From Setoptus koraiensis (taxonomy: Eukaryota; Animalia; Arthropoda), in the NCBI GenBank assembly GCA_048013815.1, contig CM106585.1, positions 10,478,001 through 10,542,000 of the forward strand: a stretch of DNA of 64,000 nucleotides, in the 5' to 3' direction. The translations under genes and the position numbers were made by a program. The first letter of the stretch is position 1. Each line of letters opens with the position of its first letter. The notes under the pieces are model-generated. The model was not told the origin of the DNA. It searched no databases and was given only the letters and a program-made list of their open reading frames with translations. Shown one piece after another: positions 12,430 through 23,626 of the stretch.

Positions 12430-15400
12430 GGCAACAGGAGCGGACTGGCGAGCGGGTCGATAACGCCAACGTGATGATGTCTGACCATATCGAGTGCTGT
12501 CGGGCTGCTGGCGTTAGTGGCAGAGTTAAGTAATGTGTTATATTGTAACTGTTTATGCATATATAAATGATTTGTCTTAATAGTCAAATAGGAGCGCATG
12601 GCCGACATAAAATTGCCAACTCTGATTGTCATAATACCATCAAATAGTTCCGGTTTTGTGCTGATCAAACGGCCAATATATAAGGCAATCTCCTGTTGTA
12701 GGACGGCGTCGCACGAATTACTAGCCGAAACTGTCGAGTATATGAGACAATGTATCTCTGACGGGGTCAATGGATTGTCTATGATTTTCTCATTTTTAGC
12801 GTAGCCCACAGATATGTGTTTGCCATTCACTAAAATAGAGGTTATCCAAGGCGATATAGACTCAACGGATCGCTTCAACAGCGAGCTACAATATCTGACC
12901 GCGGACCAGTAGCGCAATTGACCGGCAACGCGCGATAGACGCTCCAGTCGATCCTCTACGCTGAGATCATCAATTTTGTATTTGGCACCCTCGCGGTGCC
13001 ACAACAAACCTAATAGTTGCGACTGTCCATATAAAGTTTCGCAAGTCTTAAGTGCATCTATTATTGTGGGCCAAGTGGGCGAATTTTTGTACAATTCAAA
13101 ATAATTGACACTTGGCAACGGCTCCAGATAATCCTGCGCCAAATTTGTCATGCTTGTACCTAAAGTGTTTTCGTTGTTGTTTGTTGCTAATAGAGTTTGA
13201 TAATTTAAAAGTGAGTGATTTTGTGTCTCATCCAATTGACGAAACGATTTAAATTGTGGCAAATCCACCTTGGACAATAAATGTAAAAAATCCAAATGTT
13301 CTATACATGACGAACTGATCAAGTTCTGTAAGCGGCCAGTTTTTATCTTGAGGCCAGACTTTTTCAGTTGGCCCTGCTTGAATTCCACTAACAGATCCAA
13401 CAGGTCACGGAAATGAATGTCCTTCAAGTGCTCCTCCCTGATCAGTATGCACACTGTTGGCCTGCCCGACATTCTCCAGTAACGGCCCACAAAATTCAGC
13501 TCATTCTGGATGTCGTCTATTAATAGGGCCATGTCTTGCGACAAATAAAAATCGCTCACCTCAAATATCAACGGATAACACAGTATTGTCTGGCCGCATA
13601 TCCTGTACAATTTACTGGTGCCTAGCGACCCTATGGGCCTGTCTGGTCGGCCACGGAGGCCCAGTTTCTTATTGACTCCGAGCAGCTCGTAAACTTCTAC
13701 CAGTTGCGACGGCGACCAAACCTGAACTGGCTCCACTTCGAGCGGCGTTTGTGTTTGAATGCCATAAGTGGCCATCATGGCTTGCAATCGGATTGACTCG
13801 GTTATAAGGACGGTCTGGACGACGAGATCTGACGAGTTTGCCTGTTTTTATGTGTTTCCGGTTTGGCGATTGCGATCAGAAAAACAAATGATTAGAATAA
13901 GCGTCCGTCAAGACTCAATTGTTGTCATGAGCGTTCATGTGTACTCACAGTAGTTTTGCCCTGTTTTGTCCGCAATAAACAAACGTTATCAACGACAAAC
14001 GTTCGAATGTAAAGGTAATAAATTAATAATGAATTGCATGAAGAAATAGTCTAGTGTTAATGGCCATTATAGACTGGAAGCTACGCGAGGGCCCAGCCCA
14101 GATGAAAGTACATTAAATGTATATAAACACTTGGAATATACGTACCTGAAAAGATGAGTAACGGCCCAGCTTCTTTGGTCGGTCGTGGCTGGGCATGTAG
14201 CGCTTGATTGGGTCCAATTCGCTCGGTTGAACCAATCCATTGAGCAACAAGCGCGATATTAGTAGTAGTGACTGGCCCATCAGATAGATACAATCGGAGC
14301 TGCTGCCCTCGTAACTGGGGCGCCTCTCGACAGAGTCCGGCTCTTGTCGCTCAGATTGAATTAAATCAGTGGGCACATAATAGTATTTTGGTATGAGATA
14401 ATCCTTGTGTTTTGCATCAACTTTCAACAGACACTCAAACAATAGTTTCTCGTTTTCGTGTACCTGATCCAATTGATTCTTGAATATTCCGTCTATTATT
14501 AAAAAACAAACAAACAGTGGCCACTCACTTTCGATGTTCTCAAATTTTTTCGATGTCTTTGCAGCATCGTCAACCTGAATCAACGTGGGACTTGTAGTGC
14601 CGTAGCTAATATCATCGCCATTTTGACTGGAGAAACTAAAATTCAACAAGCTAGTACTACCACTGGGGCTACTCTGATGGCTGATACAATTGGCCTGGTG
14701 TTGATGATAATGTTGTTGTTGTTGTTGCTGTTGGTGACCACAGTTGCTGTCTTGGGCGCAATTGTACAGACACGAGGTCGAAGACGACGACAACGGTGGC
14801 TGATTCAGGTAGGGTCGCGACAACACAGAGCTCTTCCTGTGGCGACTCGAGGCCGGCCTTTGCTGTTGTTGTTGGTGGTTGTGGTGTTGCTGGTGCTGGT
14901 TGTTGTTGTGTTGTTGTTGTTGTTCGGAATCAATAACGGTGCCATAGGCGTCCCGCAGGAAACGTCTCAAGCCGTACTTGCCGCTCAACTTTTTCAATAT
15001 TTTCTTCTTGGTTGTAGCGTATATTAACGGGTCGTGGGTGGCAAAACAGGGCCAACTAATGGTGGCCAACAAATAAGAGTCGGTGTTCTTGGAGCGTGAC
15101 TCTCTCGGCAACAGTGTCTCAAAGATGCTACGATTTCTCGAATGGGCGTCAACGTCAACATATATAATTGACCAATTGGCGCCCTTGTCGCCGAACAGAT
15201 TGCATCCGTTGATGGCTTCCAGTGCCGCCTTGGCCATGCCAATCGATGTGGAATGTATCTCAAGCGATTTGTCTTTGTTGTTGATATTGTTATGCGAATT
15301 GTGTGAAGTATTATTGTTGTCCTGTTCCCAATTGCCATAGTCGGGAGTTCTGTACGCTCGCTCTACGTAATACACTAAATTTTGTACAAATGTCACCTCA

Positions 15401-16176
15401 TCCAAACAATAGATTATCTGAAGGCCACTGTTGATCATTTGAGCCAAAAACAATAGATATAGGCTGACCACATCTATTTGCAAATGAGGATAGTCGGCGT
15501 CGCTGCTGAGCGCGGTATGCAAACTAATAATTGATCGCATTATGTAAATTATATGAATAACAATGTGGAATTGAACAAAGGGTCTGTTAGCCGGGGCTTA
15601 AATAATCACGAATAACCGATGAATCTCGAGCGTTGTGACTCGGGCACTAACCTGAACTTGGAGTGGAGGGCGTGCTTTGGACTTTGGTTGGCCTTGAAAG
15701 ACTCCATCTTCTCTTCGGATTGTCTCATCCATGCAAACAGTATTCCTCGCATACATTTCACCACCGATTGACCCAAGTCGTGGGCCTTGCCCCTGTCGTC
15801 GTCTATTCTTTTTGTGTAGGCGACATAAAGTGACCATACTGCCGCTGCACAATATATACTGTCTCTAATGTGGGCCTCTTGGTGATCGTTGGACAGGCGA
15901 GGAAATAGGCCCGAAGTGGCCGATTGGTAGCGCAGTATCTGACGTTTTACTTTTGATCGGATAGACAGAATAGAGTTAGTCTTTCGTTCTTTCACCAGTT
16001 GGAAAGGGACCCAGCGACTGACACATTATTCAACATGTAAATGTGTTCATACTAAGGATAGATCACTCACCTTGACCGTAGTACTGGCCCAGTTGCAGGA
16101 CAATATCGTCGTGATTGAAAGCCAAGTTGAGGGGTTCGGCTGACCGACTAATAGCAGCACTGCTGCTATGTGGCAT
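11679..16176 (-). CDS. PHKB: Phosphorylase b kinase regulatory subunit beta; predicted exons 16176-16071, 15949-15652, 15523-14146, 13841-11679 (about 1314 aa)
   Basis: Motifs VKRQILRYQS..GLFP, IDDDRGKAHDLGQS.VKCMRGIL, LLPRESRSKNTD, RLQAMMATYGIQTQTP, GRPDRPIGSLGTSK match the beta subunit. The GT-AG junctions keep frame (total 3945 nt). Ends in a CaaX-type CKIA. Confidence 0.93.
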
Positions 16177-17669
16177 GACATGAAATTGTGAATAGTTTCG
16201 AATGTAGTTTGTTTGTTTTTCCTCAATACTCAATACTGTACTACTACAAAACTATATAAATAGTATATATGATGGTTATATTTAAAGTCGCTCGACAACA
16301 ATATCTGTTTTGTTGTATGCTTACAAGCTGACTATAAGGCCATAAGGGCTATACTGTCTGGCTATAGGGTGAACGTGATCTACACGTGGTCTTAACACTG
16401 ATCCAAGTGTCTAACCTTTACAACTTGTTTGTTCTGACGTTAGATATACTGACTGACTAATATTGTTGTTATTGTCATATATTTCTTTCTGAGGAATATT
16501 ATTAATAAACAATTATTCTTGCTGCTGTGGTTTCCAGATTTTATCAAGTATTCTGTGTTCGACGTATCAAAAAATTATTATTACAAAATTGAAATGCGTT
16601 CGATGGGCATCGGTGAATCAGTAATAATTAATTGATTTAATGTTGATAAATATTAATATCGATTTTGGAGATCTTAATAATGGTGACAGTGCGCTGTATA
16701 TATCGGCTGTCTGTAAGTATGAGCTTGTATATGTGTCTGTGTATGCTTGTGTGTCTAGTAGAGATGGATCTAGAGATTTTTTCTCTTGTGGTATATCTGG
16801 TATTTGTTCTTATCAACAACAACAACTAGATAAATACTTCGACGATCCAAACGAATTATGCAACATCTAAACAACGATAGGCTCATCACAACATATCGCG
16901 CACATATATATATAGCAGTCTAACAGATCTATTGTGTCGATAATGTTTCAAAACGATATTCGAGATGATCAGATAAACATCTCATCATCAAACTGTTGTA
17001 AAACTGTTGCTGCAACTAACTTCAAGGATCTTCCTCTAACGACTGACGGAGCTAGCTCACAGGCAGCGAGCTTCATCTTCTATATAACAGTTGTGCGTAT
17101 TGTGATGTTATTTAATGTTAGGATTCAGTTAGATTTGTTTGTAAGATTGCCTCTCCAAATGATGATCAGCTTATCTACCATAGCTAGTTTTTTGCTGCTA
17201 GTATTCTACAAAACTAATTGTGTCAGTGTTATACATCTCATAAACACAGCGTATAGACATGCAAGCAATTAGCCTAGAACGATGACCTTGACAGAATAAA
17301 AAAGATTGTCGCAATCGAAACAGCTGTTATTCACGCTTTTTACTACTAACAACTTGTAAACAACAGTAACACTTTTCCATCCTTCGCAGCAAGTGCTGTG
17401 ATTCGAGGTAATTTTAAAAAATCAAAAAAAAGCAGAAAAACTTGTCAACATATCAGAATATGGAGATGACAACGTATCATTAGGACAAGTTTTCAAATAA
17501 GTAGGAAAAAGTTGGTCGATCCAAGAGTCTGGGGCAGAAGTCTTATCAAATGATATGCGTTAAACATATTGATTGATCCAGATATGACTGCTCAGTGAAT
17601 ATATGTAGCCAGTGTGTGGTAGAGGTCACTTGAGAATAACACACATAACAGAGAACTTCTCTCAATTTA

Positions 17670-20153
17670 TTAAGGTGCCCCAATGAGGTACGCTAACAAG
17701 ACAGTAAGTAGTATAATTATTGGTGGTATAATTGCACAAAGATCAACCTGTAGATGAATTGTAGAAAAGAATGGAAGATGATTAATATTAGAATGATAAT
17801 AGTCCAGTAGAATAGAAGACAGTTCACTTGAGCTTTCATACTTACATCCTTATCTTGGTTACAAAGAATGGTCTCGCGATTCTTATCAGTTTCAATCTCT
17901 GACTTCAGGGACGCGTTTTCTTTATTCAAGCAATTGATGCGCTCAAGCAATTCTTCGTATTGAACCGTTTTTGAATCAACCTGTAGAATTATAGATAAAT
18001 AAATTAGTATTAGAAATTGATGTTACCATGCTAGCTAACTCTTTTAGCACAAGTTTTAAAGGGACCACTAGAAAAGTCTGAGCCATCCTGCAAACTTACG
18101 CGCCAGACTTACCTCTTGTTTGAGCTGTTGATTGTTTTCATCTGCCTGTGTGTATAATGAATTTACAACCATCAATTGATAACGTAAATTAGCTAGTTGT
18201 TTATCTTTAAGTTGTATATCACAAATTTGTTGACTCGCAATCTCCAGCCTATGTTCAAAATCATCTATTTTCTTTTTGGACTCATGAATGGCGTTCTCGT
18301 ATTGTTTTGACAATTGACTATTCGCCTGTTTCAACTCGTCTATATCCTTCATCAATGATATTTTCTCTTGTGTCATCTCTTCACATTGTTTTTGATGCAC
18401 AACATCTTTGGAGGTATTTAATTGCTCTAATCTTTCATTGCTCTCTTTCAAGCTTTGGCATTGTTCCTCACTGGATTTGAGCAAAACTTCGAGATCGTGA
18501 ATCCGCCGAAATGCCAGGTATTCTTTTTGTAATGCTTTTTTTATTGCATCTTTTGCTATAAGCTCATAATTAGCTTTATCTTCAATGTAGTTGAGTACTT
18601 TTTCCTTAAGTTGCAGTTCTAGGTCATTGATCATTTCACTTTCATTTGAGGTATCTTTGCTGACACATTCAGTAGTTTTAGTATCGTTTGTGGTCAAATT
18701 CGATTCAGGGGCATCATTATCCCGAGGTTCATCAACCCTGTGATTATCTTTCAGTGCTTGTTTTGATTTCGCCACTTTACTGGCTCGCATCAGGAATTCC
18801 AACTTTTTTTGTAATGTCTCTATCTTAGAGAGAAGTAGATCTTCTTTTATACAAGCCTTCCAGCCTCTGTCAGCGGCTAAATGAGCCTCTTCCAAGGTTT
18901 GCTCAACAAGTTGTAACTTTTGTCGTAATTGTTGTTCTCTTTGAGCGGCTTCCTTCAATAGACTGAAAAAGTTAATTGTCTCACAATAATAAGAGGGAAC
19001 AACACCCATCATGTTAACAGATGGATGACTATTGCTGGTTGATTGATCATTATTGGACGTTGTAGGTGGACAGAATGGTTGTTGCTGGTTGATAACATTG
19101 TTTGATTCTTGTTTGCGATTAAAATAATTAAAGTTGGAGCTTGTGGAATTGACGTGATTTTCGCTACACATCATATCTAATTTGTCTAATTTTTCCTTAA
19201 TAGATGAATCTCCAGGCTTCTTAAGAATTGTGGCTGTTCCATCATAGCCTATTCTAGTTAGATTTGTTCCATTATCGGTAATAGTTGACTTGTCTGGGCG
19301 TATATTCTTATTGAATAAAGTTGCTAAATTAGTTCTATTGTATGCAGATATAGAACCAGAGGAACCGGTATTGTTTCCATTTAGTGAATTTGCACTATCA
19401 ATTGACTGGTTGTTGTTACTTGTAGTATTGTTATTGTTTGTTGGCCCCAGGAACATATCTACTCTATTATCTGGAAACATGAATGGTAGCATGGAAGCCC
19501 TATCGGGGATCACTGATACATCCGGTTGCATGAATGTAGATGGTTCAAATAACAAATTCGAGGGCATCATTATATGGTTCGGAGGTCTGATGGCCTCGTC
19601 GCCATTAGGATAATATAATGTAATACAAAGGACTATGCAACCGTGCGTCATCTTTTTAGCACTTTCCATAACTTCTACTCCAAATTGAACAATATCACCA
19701 GAAAAAAGTTCCTCAGGGGGAGAATCTTCATTGGCAGGACTCAAGCGATGATTATTGATAAATGTTCCATTGGAGCTGCGAGTGTCCCTGAGTAGAAACT
19801 GTCGCGAGGCAGCACGTTATGAGGAGAAAATAATCGACATAGGCATGTGTTAGACATGTGAATTTAACGATAGACAAATTGGTAGCAATGAATGTGGCCA
19901 CTTGGAGCATTGTCAAGTGTCAACAGTGATCTGGCAACGCAATACTAACCTTTCCATTGTCAAACCAGAGTAGCGCATGGTTCCTTGACAGGACCTTGCA
20001 ATCGAATATGGCATTATCACATAATGGCTTGCATCTAGCAACAGCTCTACCAACCTTGATGGCCTCCTTAAATTCTAGGCATCTATCTTCGAATGGATGG
20101 GAATTGCTACGTTGTTGCAAAACGGCGCTAGCGTATCCGGCATTAGAAGCCAT
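17670..20153 (-). CDS. SLMAP: Sarcolemmal membrane-associated protein-like (FHA domain, coiled coil, tail anchor); exons 20153-19950, 19798-18113, 17980-17846, 17747-17670 (700 aa)
   Basis: FHA motifs KVGRAVARCKP..NAIFDCKVLSRNHALLW and RDTRSSNGTFIN..RLSP; long coiled coil; the last exon encodes the C-terminal TM LCAIIPPIIILLTVLLAYLIGAP. Confidence 0.92.
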
Positions 20154-20679
20154 AACGCGCTTATCTGGCCAAGCTTATTGTCCTGAAGTATGGCTGGTTA
20201 TTATTGTACAAATGTGTGTTCGACTACAGTGGTCCTATATTTGGAGCCGATTCATTAGAATCATCGTGTTGTTAATTCATCGATATCTTCAATGGTTCAA
20301 GTGGTCCAAATGATAATATCAATAATAATTGTTTTAATATATATATCTATGTATCTTGTAAAAACGGTAATTCTGATAATCTTTTCCACCAGCAATCATA
20401 AATGTAAAACAGATAGTTCGTAATGGAGGTGGGACAAACATTGTGCTTTGCCTTGCGCACAACAGAGCGCGAGTTTCAAGTGGCTCAAAAATTTCTGAAA
20501 CACCGCAGCAAACCTTTGTGCGTGTGCGTGTGCGTGTGCATATGAATTATATGACACACCCAGTACGATACGACTCGATGTACAAAGCTGAAAACGAGGA
20601 AAGCCAGGCATTTTTCACCAATTTAACTTGGATATGACGACACTAATAGTTGGTTCACCGTGATATTTTATCCAATAAC

Positions 20680-21276
20680 ATGGCGAACATGGCTACATTA
20701 CATTTGTACTGCAATATTTTCAAGGAGCAGCTGACCAGGTTAAATTACTTCAGTCAAAGATTCGTGGTCAATGTGCCGCCCACAGCAACGGGAAAACGTA
20801 GATTCAGATTGCCAGTAGAGACAGACCCCAAAAAGCTTGTCAATTATTGTTGTGGATTAGACTATAGAACGGATCTAGCCCCCGTAAAGATCAAACCTGA
20901 CAACGAATATCCTGATTGGCTTTGGAACCTCAGGCTACATCCCAAAAAACCTAGTTGGGAACTAACTCGCGGAACGAAAGAGTATTACGAAACGTTACAT
21001 GCCGAGTCTGTTAAGAGGAAAAACATACTCAAGAGAGCACAAGGAAAAACAAAGAAGGTGGTCGGAAAGGTCATGCTCAAACAAATGGAGTGGATTAGGC
21101 ATATTAGATTCCGTGCCTTGGCCCATATGGAAGAAGACCCAGCAATGGAAACTGATTTGTCTGAACCTCCCAGGTTCATGAACAAGAGAGACTATTATCT
21201 GCCTCAACTAGATGGTGTAGTATATGCAGACAAAATAGCAGGCAACTTGTATAGAAAAAATTATTTTAAAGGTTAA
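20680..21276 (+). CDS. mRpL54: Mitochondrial ribosomal protein L54 (mL54), 198 aa, with C-terminal extension
   Basis: LPVETDPKKLVNYCCG..VKIKPDNEYPDWLWNL matches the mL54 core; basic N-terminal targeting-like peptide; first ATG at 20680. Confidence 0.85.
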   Translation: MANMATLHLYCNIFKEQLTRLNYFSQRFVVNVPPTATGKRRFRLPVETDPKKLVNYCCGLDYRTDLAPVKIKPDNEYPDWLWNLRLHPKKPSWELTRGTKEYYETLHAESVKRKNILKRAQGKTKKVVGKVMLKQMEWIRHIRFRALAHMEEDPAMETDLSEPPRFMNKRDYYLPQLDGVVYADKIAGNLYRKNYFKG

Positions 21277-21355
21277 GTCTGACGTTTAGGTGACTTCGTC
21301 TTTACTTCAATTTGAAATGAATAAAACTCATTTATGAGGAATTAGGCTGTCCAAT

Positions 21356-21912
21356 TCAATTGTCCGTCAGATCATAAAGGCTGACACCGGAATCCTCTTC
21401 TAATTTTAGCATGACTTTTACTTTGTCTTCATCATTGGCCGCATCGAAATCTTCATAGTCCTACAAGTGATAACAGAATGAAATTTTGAGTAATCTTATC
21501 AGTTTAGAAGAATGGTAGGTTCAATAAATCAGTATAGTACCCAGTAATGTTTATCACTTACACCACAATATTCGTCATCATTGAAGAATTGTGGAGGTAA
21601 GACAGTTGTGGAATCCCGTTTTTTGCATACCGTCCTCATCAATTCCTTTTCACGTTCATGGCCAGGCTCCGTCACGTCAACTATCTGATAGTCTATCTCT
21701 AGAGCATCTAGAATCATTGTGACTCGCTGTTGGCGCTTCTTTATCTGCAATCAAAAATATGTGAAAATTTGAAGCGATCGATAGTTTTTATTTCACGTGT
21801 AGAATTATTCAAGAGTACATATCAAGTGTATGGGTGCTTGATTGTTGATTATAAGATTAATACTGACCTCTTTACTTGCAGACACCATAGAAACATAAAC
21901 AGAGATAGGCAT
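21356..21912 (-). CDS. SH3BGR: SH3 domain-binding glutamic acid-rich protein (thioredoxin fold); exons 21912-21868, 21744-21562, 21460-21356 (110 aa)
   Basis: Spliced product MPISVYVSMVSASKE-IKKRQQRVTMILDALEIDYQIVDVTEPG..LPPQFFNDDEYCG-DYEDFDAANDED; canonical GT-AG phase-0 introns. Confidence 0.92.
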
Positions 21913-22785
21913 TATTTCAATTTTAAGTAGATGGTTTACAAAAGCAAACAAAAAAAGTTTAGACTACTCCTTGATTAGACAGGTACAAGAATGTTCATCT
22001 GAATTAATAATTGACGAGATTTTGCTTTATCTACATGTATGAAGGTACTGTTGAATTCCTCCTATTAGATGATACTATAGTTGGTCGATAAAAGAACTTA
22101 AGCCGACTGATTGTTGCATCACACTGGTTTGATGAGATAAACATCGGTCCTATGATACAATTCGTTCAGCATTCGCATCATTTTACAAATACTGGGTGTA
22201 AACAGAATTCTTTCATACTTTCTGTGCGGGACAAGAAAACAATTATCCCTATGCTTGTATCTTCGAACGAGCGCTAAGTTTGAATCTCTGCGACTTCGAA
22301 AATCCAATTTCTTACTTAATGATTGGGAAAAATTAGGAGGTCTCACCCCAAGGATCTCCTACCCTCCACCCGTCCATCTTCCTCTAGAATCCATGACAGA
22401 ACAAGAAGCTCCCTTTCCATCGCCATTCGGTGCGATTTTCATCCCTACTCGGTGAGATGATTTGATGTTTCGCATTTATCGTCACTGTGAATTTACAAAG
22501 AGATGACCCGGATCAGTTGAGCTGTTATCAGGTGCAGAGCATGTGGTAAATGCAAATCTGATTTTATATCTTGCTGAAACTAATTAGAACTCATTGTCTC
22601 CCAATCTCAGTAGGTCCTTTTGAAGATCAAAAAATAATCTTGAAATAACTTTTTTTGGCGATTTGAGTTTGGCGCCTCCAAGAAAAAGTGAATGTGATTT
22701 TTAATCAGTGATTCACTGTCAAGTTGGAAATCATTTGTATACTTCTCGGAATACATCTTTTTATTTTGTATTATTACTCTACACC

Positions 22786-22998
22786 ATGGTTCATGTCTTG
22801 CGAGGAGTATTAGTTGAATGTGATCCTCAAATGAAACAATTTTTATTACATTTGGACGCTACTGATGCCTTAAACACAAAATTCGTACTACAAGATTTGG
22901 ACGCAACTCATCTGTTTGTCTCTTCAGACTGCATTGATCTACTCAAGACTAAAATTGATGATCTCATGGAACAGGTTAACTTTGTGGAAAACAATTAA
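22786..22998 (+). CDS. GTF2H5: TFIIH subunit p8/TTDA, 70 aa
   Basis: MVHVLRGVLVECDPQMKQFLLHLD..KFVLQDLDATHLFVS is the Tfb5 family signature. Confidence 0.95.
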   Translation: MVHVLRGVLVECDPQMKQFLLHLDATDALNTKFVLQDLDATHLFVSSDCIDLLKTKIDDLMEQVNFVENN

Positions 22999-23056
22999 GC
23001 AGTTAATTCTCAATTTAGTCAAGTAATAATATTCTTCAGTTCACATACCAGCAACT

Positions 23057-23578
23057 ATGAAAAAAGGAACAAACAAGGCTGGGGTCTTAGCCTCCTTTGT
23101 GGGAGCCGATAATGATGGATCACGAGTCTCTCAAAGAAGCACCGCAAGTTCTAGGCAACTGTATCGGGTTATGGATGATTTGACACGTAAAAGAAGATTG
23201 AGACACGATTTAGAGAAATTGGAAAAAGATAATTTCCATGAAGATCCTCACGCTAACCTTATTCCAAGCAAGAAAGCTCCGAGGTTCGACGATATTAAAA
23301 GTGGTTTGTCTGCTGAGGATAAACGCCGTCGGGCCAACGTGCGCATACGATATTTGTCATTTGCTCAGCTATTAGATGAGGATAGCCGCCGTAAACCACC
23401 CAATTATGCATCGGCCTCAGCCCCACCGCCAGAGGTTTTCCGCCTGCCCAAGAGGCATTTCTGCAGTGTCTGTGGTTTCAAAGCCAACTATACATGTGTC
23501 ACGTGTGGTATGAGATTTTGTTGCATAAACTGTAATTCAATACACAAAGAAACAAGGTGCTTAAAATGGACAGCTTAA
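23057..23578 (+). CDS. ZNHIT1: Zinc finger HIT domain protein 1 (Swc6/Vps71/p18Hamlet; SWR1/SRCAP subunit), 173 aa
   Basis: LEKLEKDNFHEDPHANL motif; C-terminal zf-HIT RHFCSVCGFKANYTCVTCGMRFCCINCNSIHKETRCLKWTA. Confidence 0.95.
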   Translation: MKKGTNKAGVLASFVGADNDGSRVSQRSTASSRQLYRVMDDLTRKRRLRHDLEKLEKDNFHEDPHANLIPSKKAPRFDDIKSGLSAEDKRRRANVRIRYLSFAQLLDEDSRRKPPNYASASAPPPEVFRLPKRHFCSVCGFKANYTCVTCGMRFCCINCNSIHKETRCLKWTA

Positions 23579-23626
23579 TCTTTCAAGCATCAGATTTATT
23601 CATCTTAAACTAAAATGAGCGTGATA

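Noticed and set aside
22119-22455. Short ORFs between SH3BGR and Tfb5
   Set aside because: They start at non-ATG codons, show no homology and lie in a divergent promoter interval.
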